From Octopus sinensis (taxonomy: Eukaryota): a stretch of DNA of 63,327 nucleotides. Below are positions 12,861 through 27,107 of this stretch, in pieces. Both the position numbers and the translations under genes were made by a program. Below the pieces are notes generated by a model. The model saw nothing but the letters and a program-made list of their open reading frames with translations. It ran no database searches and had not been told where the DNA came from. Position 1 is the first letter of the stretch. Each line of letters starts with the position of its first letter. The stretch spans positions 1 to 63,327 of the forward strand of contig NW_021832013.1 in NCBI RefSeq assembly GCF_006345805.1, given 5' to 3'.

Positions 12861-13382
12861 CAGCTGTGATATGTTTATTAAAATATGGGAAATCGAATTG
12901 ATGAGACATAGAAATTTGTAACGGTAATATTCACTTCAATGGAAAGAGGTGAATCAATACACAAAGTTACGAAATATTAAACATCTCACAATTTGTCTAC
13001 ATTTATACGTAATGTGCATACGTGTGTGTGTGTGTGTGTGTGCGTGGTGCATGTAGGAGTCTATAAATGTGTGTAAATGTGTGTGTTCAACACTAATATC
13101 TACACGTATTCTATATATGATACGATTGCCTCATATTCTTATCATTTTGCTCACACTCGTTTCCCAATAATATTTTATATTTCCTGAAATTTACCATTTA
13201 TTCTATGCTTATCCTGTGATAAATATTGAAATCATTCTGATTAACATAATCAATTGAAGGCTTCTGGCAGAGATTCGTTATATTATGCAGGAAATTCTAA
13301 TTCATGAGCTTCATAAATATCATTCCTGTCATTCGATTTGTTCAGCTTTTAAGTTAAGAAGATGAAAAAAAAAACGATTTTT

Positions 13383-13809
13383 GGATCTTTTCGGTTTGAA
13401 CGGCAGTTTTTAAAATAATTTCCACGTAGCTAAACACTTTTAAACTTCGTATACTGGTAGAATGTGTTTATAAAACATCTTTTTCTCTTGGTTTTATTGA
13501 GGAAATTCTATAGTTTGTAAGATATTTGTTGTTGTTTTTCTTCAATTTCTGCAATTTCAACCAATCAATGACGTCTATTGGGGTGAAAACCTTCTGTGCC
13601 GTATGAATATGTCCCTCGTTTAAGAAACAGATTGGGTTTATTTACATTTCTGAAGAAAAAATGATACCCTTCCCCCACCCCTAACCCTAACTCTAACCCT
13701 AACCCTAAAACAGATTGAAATGCAATAGATCGATACTAGGGTCATAATTATGGGTGACAATTTCATATGACACCGCTAGAAAAAACCGCCGTTCAAACCG
13801 AAAAGATCC
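13383..13809. mobile_element. MITE / non-autonomous DNA transposon with ~29-bp TIRs
   Basis: Left ggatcttttcggtttgaacggcagttttt (13383-13411) and right aaaaaccgccgttcaaaccgaaaagatcc (13781-13809) are inverted with 1 mismatch; gattttt flanks both ends; internal CCCTAA-like repeats at 13678-13707. Confidence 0.85.
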
Positions 13810-13853
13810 GATTTTTTTCTCATTTCTCGCTCATCGTCACATGTTTCTTCAAG

Positions 13854-13889
<36 letters not shown>

Positions 13890-14074
13890 GCATACATATA
13901 CTTCCCTATATGTAAATGTAAGAGTAATTATAACGGTAAAGTCCATATCTATATATGTATCTATGTAAGTATCTTTCAATCTAAATTTCACCTTGACGTA
14001 AATTTATGCCTCTCTCCCTAATGTATTTGAGTGCGCATACACAAACGTATATGTGTGATGCTTGCGTGTATGTA

Positions 14075-14448
14075 TTCTTCTATTTCAACCCCGAAAAGCT
14101 GTGGCCGTGCTGGGGCACTGCCAGTGTTACCACCTTTTCAATGGTTTTGTAATTGGTTTTTCATGAAGGAGGGAATACGTTAGTGCTGCCCTCTTTTGAG
14201 TTTCTTGCCGTGATGACCTTGGAGAACAGGAGCGCCAGCTGTTCCTTGAAAACATCTACCCCTACTCCATCTAGTACATCTCTCAGATGTTTTGGTAAGA
14301 TCTTAAATAGACTTTGGGTTCTTGAATTCCAAGGTATTGCAGTACATGGTCCCTTTGAAATAGTGCAGCGGCCTCCACTTTTGGGCTTGTCTGGCTCTCC
14401 ATACCAAATTTTCGTGTCAACCAACCCAGGATATTTCATATATATACA

Positions 14449-14494
<46 letters not shown>

Positions 14495-14701
14495 TATAAG
14501 TTAATCCAAACACAAAACACAAAAAAACACAACAACGCGAGGACGTGAAACAAATATAGTATTATTGGACGCTCAGGAAAGAAGGGAATATATATATATA
14601 TATATATCTATAAATATCTATATATATATCTATAGATAAATTTCCTCTATTTACATAATATTGAGGTCTCTTTCTTTCTTTTGTTATCTTACCGTTTTAT
14701 C

Positions 14702-14792
<91 letters not shown>

Positions 14793-14848
14793 CATATATA
14801 TATTATATTTCATATATATCATACATATATATCATATATATATCTGTG

Positions 14849-14902
<54 letters not shown>

Positions 14903-14916
14903 TATGTATATACATA

Positions 14917-14976
<60 letters not shown>

Positions 14977-14996
14977 TATGTATATACATATATATG

Positions 14997-15077
<81 letters not shown>

Positions 15078-15085
15078 GTATATAC

Positions 15086-15177
<92 letters not shown>

Positions 15178-16600
15178 GCCTAATATCTCTCGTCTTCGCT
15201 TCAGGGTGTGGCGTCATATCTGTTTTACTCTCTCCCTGTCACTCACCTGTTCTAGTGATGCAATATGCCTAGTGTAGCACTGCTGAACTGCCTCAAGTTC
15301 CGCTGTTAGTTTGAGACTACTGGGTAACCACAGTTGAGGACAGTAGTCCGAACGGCTGAGAACAACTAGCCTTCATAGAACTAGCATAGTTTCCTGGCCC
15401 CTTGTTATGAACGTTCCCAGAATCCATCCGACTAGGCACCAGAACATTGCCACCATTTGGTACTATGCATGTGAAACTAAGCCGTATTGCGCAAATCAAT
15501 CCCCTGATCAAGAACTGTACTTGACCCGAGGATCACCACTACTTTTGGTCCAAACTATCTTTGTTGCAGCTGGCCAACTGTGGCGGGTTTCGAATTTTCC
15601 TGCATTAAATTGCATGTTGTTTTCTTCAGCCTATTTATATACGACATTTAGGTCTTTCTATAGAAAATTAACACCGGAAGATTCCTTCACTCCTTGTACA
15701 ACCTTTGTGTCGTCAGCATGGCTAGTAAGTGTGGCTGTCCATGTAACTGATGGCATGTCCGAAAGAGTTACCATAAACAACCGTGGCCTGAAGAGAGTTC
15801 TCTGAGGAACTCCATTTGTACTCACTGTACATTAGCTGCCACAGCTTGGCTTCTCCTAAGAAGTCATGTAACCACACTCCCAGTCAAAATGCTGCAGAAG
15901 ATATGTAAAGTAGCTTCTTCTTGGGCCGAAGCCATGCTGGGTGTCAGGCAGTAAGTCATTATCTTCAAGCTACGTGATCAGTTTACTCCAGAAAATTCAT
16001 TCTATGATTAGCTGATATGTAAGATTAGAGAGACAGACCTATAATTTTTAGTATCTTCTCTGCTACCTCTTTTACGGATAGGATATATCATGCCATCTTT
16101 TGACTTTCTGGAAAGTTTCCCATTCACAAAGAAGACTTGGAAGGGTATCTATACTTATCTTACTAGAGCCCTTTTGTATTTTAACAAGAGGATTGTTGGG
16201 AATCCATCAGGGCCTGCAGTTGAGCTTAAATTCATTTCATCAATGGCTGACATTTCATCCGTTTCCTCTATTTTTCGATGCAATCAATAATTGTCATCTT
16301 TTTTTATAGAGCTGAGGTGTCAAGGAAATTATCAGGCGTAGCAATTTGCAAGTGACCCAACAAAGTTGTGAAAACATTTTTTTTATTGCTTTTTCAGTAT
16401 TTCAGCTATCTTCTGGCGGCCTTCAGTCAGTGAGCTCTTTTCTTCGGAAAATCTTCCCATCTAGCACCATACGGAAGCAGACTATTAGGCAATCCTTAGA
16501 AGGCTTTAGAGTTTGACTTTAGAGTTTTTGCAGCCCTACCGTTCCTGCTTTCTCCCGTTCATGGGAGTGTCTGAGATTACTTTCAGTCTTAAGCAATGTT
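14075..16600 (-). mobile_element. Decayed CR1/L2-group LINE (RT and C-terminal region), interrupted by microsatellites
   Basis: Minus strand gives KNYRSVSL, QHGF(G)P, GVPQRTL, SHADDTKV, DYCPQLWLP and C-terminal LFKILPKHLRD...VDVFKEQL (ORF 14161-14553); the 3' end is near 14075-14120. Confidence 0.8.
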
Positions 16601-16818
16601 CGCCTAAGATTCTTCGCTATTCTTTATTAGCCAATGTGTGTACTTTTGTGCGCATCTATCTAGTCTATCTGTATATCTATAATTTTATCTACACACAGGC
16701 GCACGCGCATACACACACGCACATACACGTCACATGTACATACGTAGAAAATAGCACATATACACACAAAGGTAAGCGATATTTATGTGTGCATCGATAC
16801 ATACACTCATGAAAACTC

Positions 16819-16852
<34 letters not shown>

Positions 16853-17197
16853 ATACACACACAAAAACACTCACGCGCGTACACTACACACACTTGTATA
16901 TACAAAAAGAGTGAAGCACAAAGAGAAAAATAGACATCTCGTATATATCACACGATAAGAGTTAAGTTAAATGTTAATTAAATGTTAAATAATAAGCACG
17001 ATAAATAATGAATATTGCGGAAATAGAAGAATAATGAATTTTAGTGCAAAGATTATCAAACTTTTCGTTAGGTTTCAATACGTTACATGCTATTATGTCG
17101 ATCCTGAAGGTACAAGGTGATATAATGCTAACGAATGCACCGCCCACCCACATCCACTCACACACCAACAGACTTACATATTTGTAATAAAGTATAT

Positions 17198-17228
<31 letters not shown>

Positions 17229-17286
17229 GTATATTTAACTATTTGCATGTACATACATACAAACATACATATATATAATATATATA

Positions 17287-17320
<34 letters not shown>

Positions 17321-17329
17321 CTTTATATG

Positions 17330-17405
<76 letters not shown>

Positions 17406-17431
17406 TTCCAAGTAGGTATGTATCTAAATGT

Positions 17432-17690
17432 CTGGCTGGAGCAGACCCTGGCTGTCGCTCTGGCGATTAGGTAATCGCGAATGAAGATCAACCAGCCAGC
17501 TCGAAACTTAGTCAATCTCCAGTTGTCCGCTAGAGGAATAGAGGGGTGCGCTCCCTCTGCTAGCAATATGCAGGGTGCAGCGCTGCACTGGTAACCAGCT
17601 GACGGAGGGTCTGCCTGGGAATAAACTAGCAGTAAAATGAGACAGCCACTTTGATGTGGCGATTAACCTTACTGGTTACTGCACTTTCCA
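17432..17690. other. GC-rich, densely self-complementary island of unknown type
   Basis: At least six 7-14 bp complementary pairs within ~260 bp, set between (TA)n tracts (see findings). Confidence 0.5.
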
Positions 17691-17740
17691 CTTTCATCTT
17701 TTCTTGAGATTTTGCAACTATTTTGCTTTTACAAAGATAC

Positions 17741-17840
<100 letters not shown>

Positions 17841-17868
17841 ATGTGTGTATGTGTGTGTTGTGTGTGTG

Positions 17869-17963
<95 letters not shown>

Positions 17964-17964
17964 T

Positions 17965-18022
<58 letters not shown>

Positions 18023-19154
18023 TAACGTGTATATATGTAATGTTGGAGAATATGTAAATAAAAAGGGAACAAGAACCATTTTATTTCCTTGTCTTTTATA
18101 TAAACTCCAATTACACTCTCCACGCAACGCATTTCTCCGAAGAATATGAATATCGATTTCTAACAGCAGGTCATCAGTACTGCTATGTCGAAATGAATGA
18201 TTGAATTATGTATAATATAGGTAAGTTTGTGTGTTTGGTGAAAGCGTTGGTGTGGTACTGGCTAGGTTTTTAGGGACGGGGCATGTTCATATCATTCGCA
18301 TATCTATCTTTTGCTATAGAGATTATTGACACATAGTTTTCCTTGTAAGATTTTGCACTCAAAACCTTTCCAAAAATATGAGCAGATAAAGAGTTCCTGA
18401 GGCTTAGCGTTCTGAAAAAGATTGACTGAGCGAATTAATTACAGCAGAACTGACAGGATTACAAACTAGAAGTGGGATGGGAGTATGCCACCCAGCTTGC
18501 ATTTTTGGCTTGCTCATTGATATTCCTTTCTACAGCACGAATACAACCATATCTGTGCGCGTAATAATTCGTGACAATGAATCTCCTCGAATATTTGTAA
18601 CCTTAGCCGAGTCATCAGTTTATTCAGGAGTTTAAAAAGTTTATGAAGCCTATCTATAAGTTTATGTATGAACAGGTTATATACAGCACACCAAGGGTGG
18701 CTATAACGGTAAGGTACCCAAAGCAGTAATGAGACCACCACCGAGACCGAGCACAAGCTAACGAAGGATCTTTCGGTGGCTTAAGCTGCTAGTTTGAAAT
18801 ATTAGCCAAATCTTTGTAATCGCACCATAACATTTTAAACTGTGGCTAGACATGGGATTATTCCGGGATAGACCTGGAGCCAAACGACAGTTATTACAAA
18901 ACAACAAAGACAATAATAGCAGTAGAAGCAATACCGATGACTACTGATGATTCTAAATTATAATTACTTCTTATCAAGACGAGAAACCTGTCATGTCTTT
19001 GCTATGCATCAGCACGAAAGCTTTCATACTTTTGGCTTTGCCGAAAGCAGTTTTGAATGGTTAATAACAATATCTTCAAAAGGAAGTTTATATTAGAAAC
19101 AAATTGCCGAACTAAAATTTAACTGAATTTGTTTTGTGGGGAGGGGGGGAGGGC

Positions 19155-20165
19155 TAGTTGATTATATCGATCATTGGGCTCAACTGGTGCAAATTTAGCG
19201 ACTCCGAAAGAATGAAAGGCAAAGTCGACCTCGGTGACATTTGAAAACGAAACGTGAATACGGAAGAAAAGCTGCTAAGCATTTCATCCGGCTTGGTAAC
19301 GATCCACCCTTCACATTGCCTTACTTGGTACCAAAAGTAGAAGGGATAATTATTTATATATAGTAAGAAAAAAGCATTTCCGAACTTGTTTGAGTGAAGC
19401 ACAAAATGATTTGCAGTATTTATGCCGTCTTTTATGTTTTGTAAAGCAATCTCGCTGTGTTCAGCTTTGATTTTAATCCCTTAGGTTACGGCAGACTAAC
19501 GTATCAGTCGAGCAGACTGGTCGATGCAATCGACTAACCGCCTCCACTTTAAACAGCTGTCCCTTGTACGTGAATTAGAAACCATTATTAATTGTATATT
19601 ATATTAATCAGGCGGCGGGGAGCTGGCAGAATCGATAGCACGCCGGACAAAATGCTTAGCAGCATTTCGTCCGTCTTTATATTCTGAGTTCTCTATATGA
19701 TTTAGCGCTATATATGAAACATCTATCTTACGATACAATCAAAATTATCTTTATGTTTTCGTTTGTAATATTCATAAGATATAAGGCGGCGAGCTGGCAG
19801 AAACGTTAGCACACCAGGCAATATTGTTAGCGGTATTTCGTCTGTCTTTACGTTCTGAGTTCAAATTCCGCCGAGGTCGACTTTGCCTTTCATCCTTTCA
19901 GGTTTGATAAATTAAGTACGGTTTGTGTACTGGGGTCGATCTAATCGACTGGCCCCCTGCCCCCAAATTTCGGGCCTTCTACCTAGTGTAGAAAAGAATA
20001 TAAATAAGCTATTTAAGGTAATGAACTGATGTTATCGTTAGCACGGCCGTACAAAATGCTTAGTTTCATTTTCAACATCTTCATGTTCTGAGTCTTAGAC
20101 GAATTTAACTTTCGGGGTCGGTAAAGTAAGTACGAGTTGAGCATCGATGTGGATGTAGTCGACTT
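19155..20165 (+). mobile_element. Cluster of about four family A SINE copies (best: 19786-20000)
   Basis: 19786-20000 has ggcggcgagctggcagaaacgttagc (A box), gagttcaaattcc (B box), a CORE-like block and tail ...cctagtgtagaaaagaata; partial copies at 19155-19340, 19613-19690 and 20020-20165. Confidence 0.85.
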
Positions 20166-20206
20166 GTGCACTTATTTTGTAGATATTTCATGAATGCGGT
20201 GATATA

Positions 20207-21435
20207 CAGGGGTTGGACAAAATAATGGAAACACCAAGCCTCATAGCATCATAATTTTGAAATATCTATGAAACCGTCAAATGCTTGTTATATTTATTAT
20301 TATTTTTTTGGGGGTTTGTTGTTAGTTTTGCTTGAAATGTTTTGCTAAAATTGCTGTTTCTTTTCAGATATCATTAGGAAAAGGTCATTAAAATTCAATG
20401 AAATGCCAGATCTATCAGACTTTCAAAGTGGTCAAATTGTTGGCGCTCGTATGGCAGGCGCTAGCGTAACGAAAACAACCGAAATATTTGGTGTATCAAG
20501 AAGTACTGTCTCGAAAGTAATGGGAGCCTTTGAGAAAAAGGGAAAAAAACCTCCTTGTCGAAACAAAACTCCGGAAGAAAACCAAAACTTTCAGATAGAG
20601 ACCGTCAGACTCTTACGCGAATTGTTATAAAGGATCATTAAAGTACAGATCCCAAAATTACAGCAGAGTTAATGTTCACTTCGAGAACCCCGTTTCCACA
20701 AAAACTGTTTGCCGGGAGCTACACAAAGCCGGATTTCACGGGAGAGCTGCAATCAGAAAACCACTACTTTAAAAAAAAACGTTGCAAAGCGTTTAGAGTG
20801 GAGTAAAAACCTACAGAATAGATCCCTAAAGCAGTGGACGAATATTATTTTCATTATTACCTTATTTCCGACCACCGGCCGAGTATACGTGTGGAAACAG
20901 CCAAAAGAAGCATTTGACCCAGACTGCCATCTTCCAAATGTTAAACATGGAGGAGGATCTGTGATTTTCTGGGGGAGCTATATCTTGGAAACCGTCCGGC
21001 GCAATGGTTTCTCTTCAAGGCAGAATTAAGAGTCAAGATTATTTAAGCATTTTATCTCATCAAATTCATCCTATGGTTGCGCAACTGTTTCCGGAGCGAA
21101 ATGCCATCTTTCAGGATGATAATGCACCAATTCACATAGCTAAAGTTGTTACTGTATGGTACGAGGAACATTCTAGTGAAGTTGAGCATCTTATCTGACC
21201 ACCAGAGACCCCAGGTCTCAATATTATTGAACATTTATGGTGCATTTTAGAAAAAAATTAAGGCGTCGATAACCTCCACCATCATCACTACAAGAACTGG
21301 AGATTGTTTTAGCTGAAGAATAGACAAAAATTACTTTGGAAACAAGAATTCAAGCTGTAATTACTGCCAAGGAAGTTCCTACCACATATAAAAATAAATG
21401 TGTTTGAAATCTTAAGGTGTTTTGTCTAACCTCTG
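20207..21435 (+). mobile_element. Tc1-family (DD34E) DNA transposon, pseudogenised
   Basis: TA|caggggttggacaaaataatggaaacacc ... ggtgttttgtctaacctctg|TA (right TIR internally deleted); HTH region MPDLSDFQSGQIVGARMAGAS...GVSRSTVSKV, VKHGGGSVIFWG, FQDDNAPIH, LNIIEHLW; frameshifts and stops; first catalytic D not recognisable. Confidence 0.92.
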
Positions 21436-21479
21436 TATATCTATGGTGAAAATTGAACTCAGAATGGAGACGAAAGGAA

Positions 21480-22040
21480 AGTTTTGGTTTCAATTTTTAG
21501 TACGCGTCCAGTGATTTCGGGGAAACAGTTAAGTTGATTACATCGACCCCAGTATCCAACAGGTACTTATTTTATCGAGGTAGAATCGAACTTTGCGGAA
21601 TTTAAACTCAGAACGTAAAGACGGGCGAAATGCAGCCAAGCATTTTGTCCGGCATGCTAACGATTCTGTCAGCTTACTACCATCAGGAATTTAAATATTG
21701 GTTTCAAATTTTGGCATAAAGCAGCAATTTCAGGGAAGCGGGCAAGTCGATTGCATCGACCCCAGTGCTTAACGGGTGCTTATTTTATCGACCCCGAAAA
21801 AATGAAAGGCAAGTTGACCACGGCGGAATTTGAACTCGGAATGTGAAGACGGACGAAATACCGCTAAGCAATTTATCCGGTGTGCTAACAATCTGCAAGC
21901 TCTCCGCCTTCAGGAACGTAAATATTGATTGCTAGCATACAGCACAAAGTCCACGATTCCTGTATTTCACTGATGCTTCTTTATCAATCCAGGGAGAACG
22001 AAAGGCAAAGTTTCCCTATGAGATTTGAACTCAGAATGTA
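21480..22040 (-). mobile_element. Cluster of three family A SINE copies
   Basis: 21480-21680, 21700-21910 and partial 21950-22040 contain the reverse-complement CORE-like block (tttatcgaccccgaaa...gaaaggcaaag) and tttgaactc. Confidence 0.8.
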
Positions 22041-22231
22041 AAATGATATAACTGAAAGGCCATGAAACCCGTTTATAATATTGCTGTCGAAATGAATATA
22101 TATTCCTTTGAAAACGAATGCTTCCAAACACGCTTATGATGCTTTTATAGCATCAGCGTATTGTTACCTGTCGATTATGGTTATCTAAAGTGATATGTTC
22201 GAAAGTGGACAAAACAAGCGGCAAATGCATA

Positions 22232-22410
22232 TTATTATCTCCGCCTTAGCGAAGGCAGAGGTATTGTTTTCAGTTGTGTTTATTTGTTTGTGGACAAGAT
22301 ATCTCTAGAATTGCTGGATGGATTCGGATGACACATGCAGGTATGTTTGGCCTCGTGACTGGCATGAGTTGATTAGATTTCGTGATCTATCCGGTACCGT
22401 AAAAACATTC
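22232..22410. repeat. Probable non-autonomous repeat beginning ttattatctccgcc...ggcagaggtattgttttc
   Basis: Resembles from memory the widespread metazoan ttattacctccgcc...ggaggttatgtttt repeat start; class not assignable here. Confidence 0.3.
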
Positions 22411-22804
22411 TGGATTATTTGTTATATTTACTTTATATGAACTATTACAATCTTACGTTCACTTTCAAGTCTTTCTCTGATTATATTCCTTGAAAGCACG
22501 CTTATAGTTTCCACGTAAGTTATGGCGGTGTTGTTGTTACCAAAGTTTTATTTTCGTTTCTCTATTATTAATTTTACTGGCGTCACTATCTTAGTAGAAA
22601 CTGATGGATAAACAAATCAAACTACACAAAGAAACGGCAGCAAAACCGTAAAGAAATTGAAAAACACTAACATATTCAGTAACAATAATAAATTTAATTT
22701 ATCTTCGACAATTTTTAGTTTTACCAATTTTGAATATATCGCTCCTGTTTAAAGCCTCCTTCCTACTTGACAATTGCATTTCTAGCTGTGCCTTGAAGGA
22801 AGCT

Positions 22805-22985
22805 TTACTTCTTGGACTCACATTCTTGTGCGCAACGATGTTGTTCAACCTCCGTAAACTGCAACGTATGCAAGTTCTTTCCATTTCTTTCACACACGGA
22901 TAAATGTTTCACTATAGACCTTAGTGGTCGTAAAGACACTATATCAGTGGATAGACTAAAAAAGGCCTTCGTAGAGAAAACTATT
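22805..22985 (+). mobile_element. Ty3/Gypsy integrase C-terminal remnant
   Basis: THILVRND... followed by TDKCFTIDLSGRKDTISVDRLKKAFVE, matching the Gypsy post-integrase pattern THVFVR.D...FTID.NG..DT.SIDRLKPA. Confidence 0.7.
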
Positions 22986-23386
22986 CCTGTTCTCCATGCA
23001 GAGGACACACACATCGCATTACAAACACGGCCCGCACACCCATGTTCACATTCCACGACTACCATTGAGATCGATCATGTACCGAACAAGGACTCTGGAT
23101 TATTTTTCCGTTTTTTGTTTCTTAGTTTTTGAGAGCGATCGGGTTCGTTTTTAGTATTCTCTTTTGTGAGAGCAGTTGAGCAGATGTTCTCATTTAAAAA
23201 ATCATCTCTGGCTAATCATTGAGTTTATGTTGGTGTTGCTTTGCAGAGGTTTGCGCTCACTCAGTGCTCTTGTCTATATTTAAAAACTGATTATATTTGG
23301 AAGAGATTCTTCGTTGATATAATTTATAACTTTACACTCGCGTTGCATTTCATATTGTTGTAAATGTTTAGCATCAAGCTCTCTCT

Positions 23387-23427
<41 letters not shown>

Positions 23428-23580
23428 AACAAGTTAAATTACGATAAAGAGCAATATATCCGTGAAAATAATATCCTAGAATTTGGGTTAGAAAGGATAG
23501 ACCAAATATTTACATGGTATTATATATAGTATATATGTACTAAGAGATTCAGTTCCAAAGAAAACAATATTTGTGTGTGT

Positions 23581-23642
<62 letters not shown>

Positions 23643-23929
23643 TGAACTTCTGCATAGCTTCCGTTTACCTTAATACACTTGAAAGGCATTAATCAACCCT
23701 AGCTATTATAAAATACACATGACCAAGGTGCGTTTTTATAAAGATATATATATACATACATACATATATATATGTACAATCACAAATATATTTAAATATA
23801 AACAAGACAAGTGATAAATAATAGTAATTACATGTTCTTTCTTTATTGCAGTAAATTTGATGTAAAACGTAAAAAGAATCGTCGTCTTTGGCCATGAATG
23901 ACTGTCATTGCACCTAGAAAGTTACCCAC

Positions 23930-24195
23930 CGAGGTACATATGCGGGCAAGGTTGCTTATGGAAGACCAGTAGTCGCCCATGCATGCCAATCTCCTATCTC
24001 CACGCCACCGGTGTTATGCAAGGTAAAGGCCGATACAGCTTGGGACCAGTGACGTCGCAACACATTTTCACAGCTAAGTGAAATTAAGCAACATGAAATA
24101 AAGTCTCTTGCTCAAGAACACAACGCACAGCTCGGTCCCCGAAACGAACTAACTATCTCATGATTGTGAGCTTGACGCTCTAACAACTGAGCCAT
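23930..24195 (-). mobile_element. tRNA-derived SINE family D
   Basis: Minus strand gtgaaggcgcatggctcagttgttagagcg (A box), then gtgttcttgagcaagagactttatttcatgttgc. Related copies at 42970-43090 (+), 53370-53490 (-) and 58562-58825 (-). Confidence 0.75.
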
Positions 24196-24302
24196 GCGCC
24201 TTCACCAAATTATATATATATACATACATACATACACACACGCATATATATATATATACATATATGTATATATATAAATATGTATATATATGATATATAT
24301 GT

Positions 24303-24393
<91 letters not shown>

Positions 24394-25440
24394 TATACGT
24401 ATATTTATGTATGTATATCTATCGCATACATATACGTATGTGGGTATGCATATATATAAATATACATTTCTGCATAGACTACGTATGTTGTATCGGTAAA
24501 CAGAGCCGATAAAATAGACAGGTTATAATAATAAAAAAATACACATATACTTATATATATACATATACATATATATATACACAGATACACACACACACAT
24601 ACACACACACACACACACACATATATATAATATATATATATAAATTAAAGAAAAAACACTATTATGTAATTCAAACTATGGTAGACATAAACCAAATCAT
24701 AAAGAAAAATAGAATATGTTATAAAACATATAACTAGATCACAAAAAGTACAAATAATGATTAAACAATATATAAGTAACAGGTTATAATAAAAATGGTG
24801 GGATTGTGGTGGGCTTAATAAAAGGAGCTCCTTGAATACGGTGCACCAGCGTGGCCACAGTCCAGTACCAGAAACCAGTTGAATGATGAATGAATTACCT
24901 ATCGATATGACAAGCATCCCTACCATGTCTCCAGGCATGGAAAAGCCCTTCTATCCACCGTTTATCATATGTACACAAAATCTCATAAATATAATCTTAA
25001 CTACAGAAGAGCTCTCATCGCCTACTGAAGTATGGTTAGAGTCTTTACACTGTTTGCACGTTCTCTTCAAAAATCACTTACGCGACTCATCAAAGTTGTG
25101 TCTCACGCTTCAATGAAACAATCTATGCCACATCCAATGGGAATTGTCCGTTTACAGAACTGGATAATAGAATTAACAAAACTTGGCGATGCGTGAGGAT
25201 TTATTTGCAACCAGTGTGCATGGTGAAGTGTTTGTACATGAATGCTAGAAGATAGAAGTGTGGCAGTGACTTAATTAATATTCAGGCAACGATAGATATA
25301 CATAATCTCCTAACTTTGGAGAGAATAATGTTCCAGTCTGCGTGGCATGGACTTAACTTCGATGAAATACTTTTGGTTTTGTCGCCGATATTCACACGGT
25401 GAAAGCATTGAACACACCGCTGCCATTACAAAACTGCAAA

Positions 25441-25506
<66 letters not shown>

Positions 25507-25511
25507 CCTAT

Positions 25512-25571
<60 letters not shown>

Positions 25572-26180
25572 CTACTATATATATATATGTATGTAATATA
25601 TACATATATATATACACATATATACGCATACATACGCACACACATATATACATACATATATGTATATATATGTATGTTATATATACATATATATTTATAT
25701 TATATATTATATATTATATATATATGTATACATACATACATACATACATACACGCATTAAACAAGAAACAGCAAGTCTCGTATAAGACAAGGCTCGACTA
25801 ATTCTTCAGTGAAGGAAACAAGATTTGTCTTGTGAAAACCCTGTTCTTGACATCCATTCATCCATTCAGCTTCCATCCAAATACTTTAGATTGTGATTAT
25901 CCTACCTTTCTAAAGAGTTGTTTGCAAAACATGCATACGTATATACATACATACATACATACATGCATAAATACACAGAAGAGACGCACCTATAGTATAC
26001 GTTTATATGTATTTATGCATGTATGTTTGGGTGTGCGTGTATGTGGATGGGTGTAAATATATATATATATATATACACACATACTTGATGCTCTTGACAG
26101 AAATCTTCATTCATTATATTTTGTTGTTCCATTACATGCACACACACGCACGCACACACACATACACACACATTATATAC

Positions 26181-26249
<69 letters not shown>

Positions 26250-26898
26250 TAAATAACGCACACAGAGTAATTTTTCTCTCATTCCATCCTAGCTCTCTTT
26301 CCTTTCTTTCTTACTGTCATCCTCTCTCTCTGCCCCTACTCCCCTCACTCCCCTATTTCTCTTTCCCTTCACCCCCTCTCTCTGTATTTCTTTCTCTCTT
26401 CTCTTGCCACCCTCCCTCTCTTTTTTCAGTCTCACATTCATGTATATATGAAAATGTGAAAATTATAAAAGGTAAAATTTTAAAAGAATCAAGTTCCGAA
26501 ATGTGGAAATTGCTTTGACGAAAGATACGGCTACGTTTTAAATGAGTTAGGGCGACGAAGATTGATAGCATTCCGTAGTTCAATTGGATTATTTTCAGTG
26601 AATGGAGATTAGCTATAGATAAATATATATAGGTGACAACCTATATATCTAACAATCGCAGTCAACTCACTGGTTGAGCAATCCAATTATTGTCGTAGGA
26701 AATCCGTTATTCAATCCAAATGCTCAATGCCTGCTTTGTGTGTAAGCCAACTACATATTGGTATCGAGAGGTTATATACTGCAGTTATATCTATCTATCT
26801 ATCTATCTGTCTATCTATCTATCTATCTATCTGTCTATCTATCTATCTATCTATCTGTCTATCTACCTTTCTATGGATATATATATATATACATACAT

Positions 26899-26942
<44 letters not shown>

Positions 26943-26943
26943 G

Positions 26944-26974
<31 letters not shown>

Positions 26975-27107
26975 ATATGGATATATGCATATATGTGTGC
27001 CAGTATGCATGTGTATAAACAAATGTAAATATGTACACACACTCACACATACGCACACACACAAACACATACACCATAGACATATAGGTTTAGTAATGCT
27101 AAGAAGA

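Noticed and set aside
13678-13707. Telomeric repeat
   Set aside because: Only about four imperfect units, and they lie inside a TIR-bounded element.
17432-17690. HDV-like ribozyme
   Set aside because: The pseudoknot order fits, but there is no short P3/L3 before the P1 3' strand and no catalytic C in a J4/2 position.
20403-21260. Active Tc1 transposase
   Set aside because: Frameshifts, a stop codon, a missing first catalytic D and a damaged right TIR.
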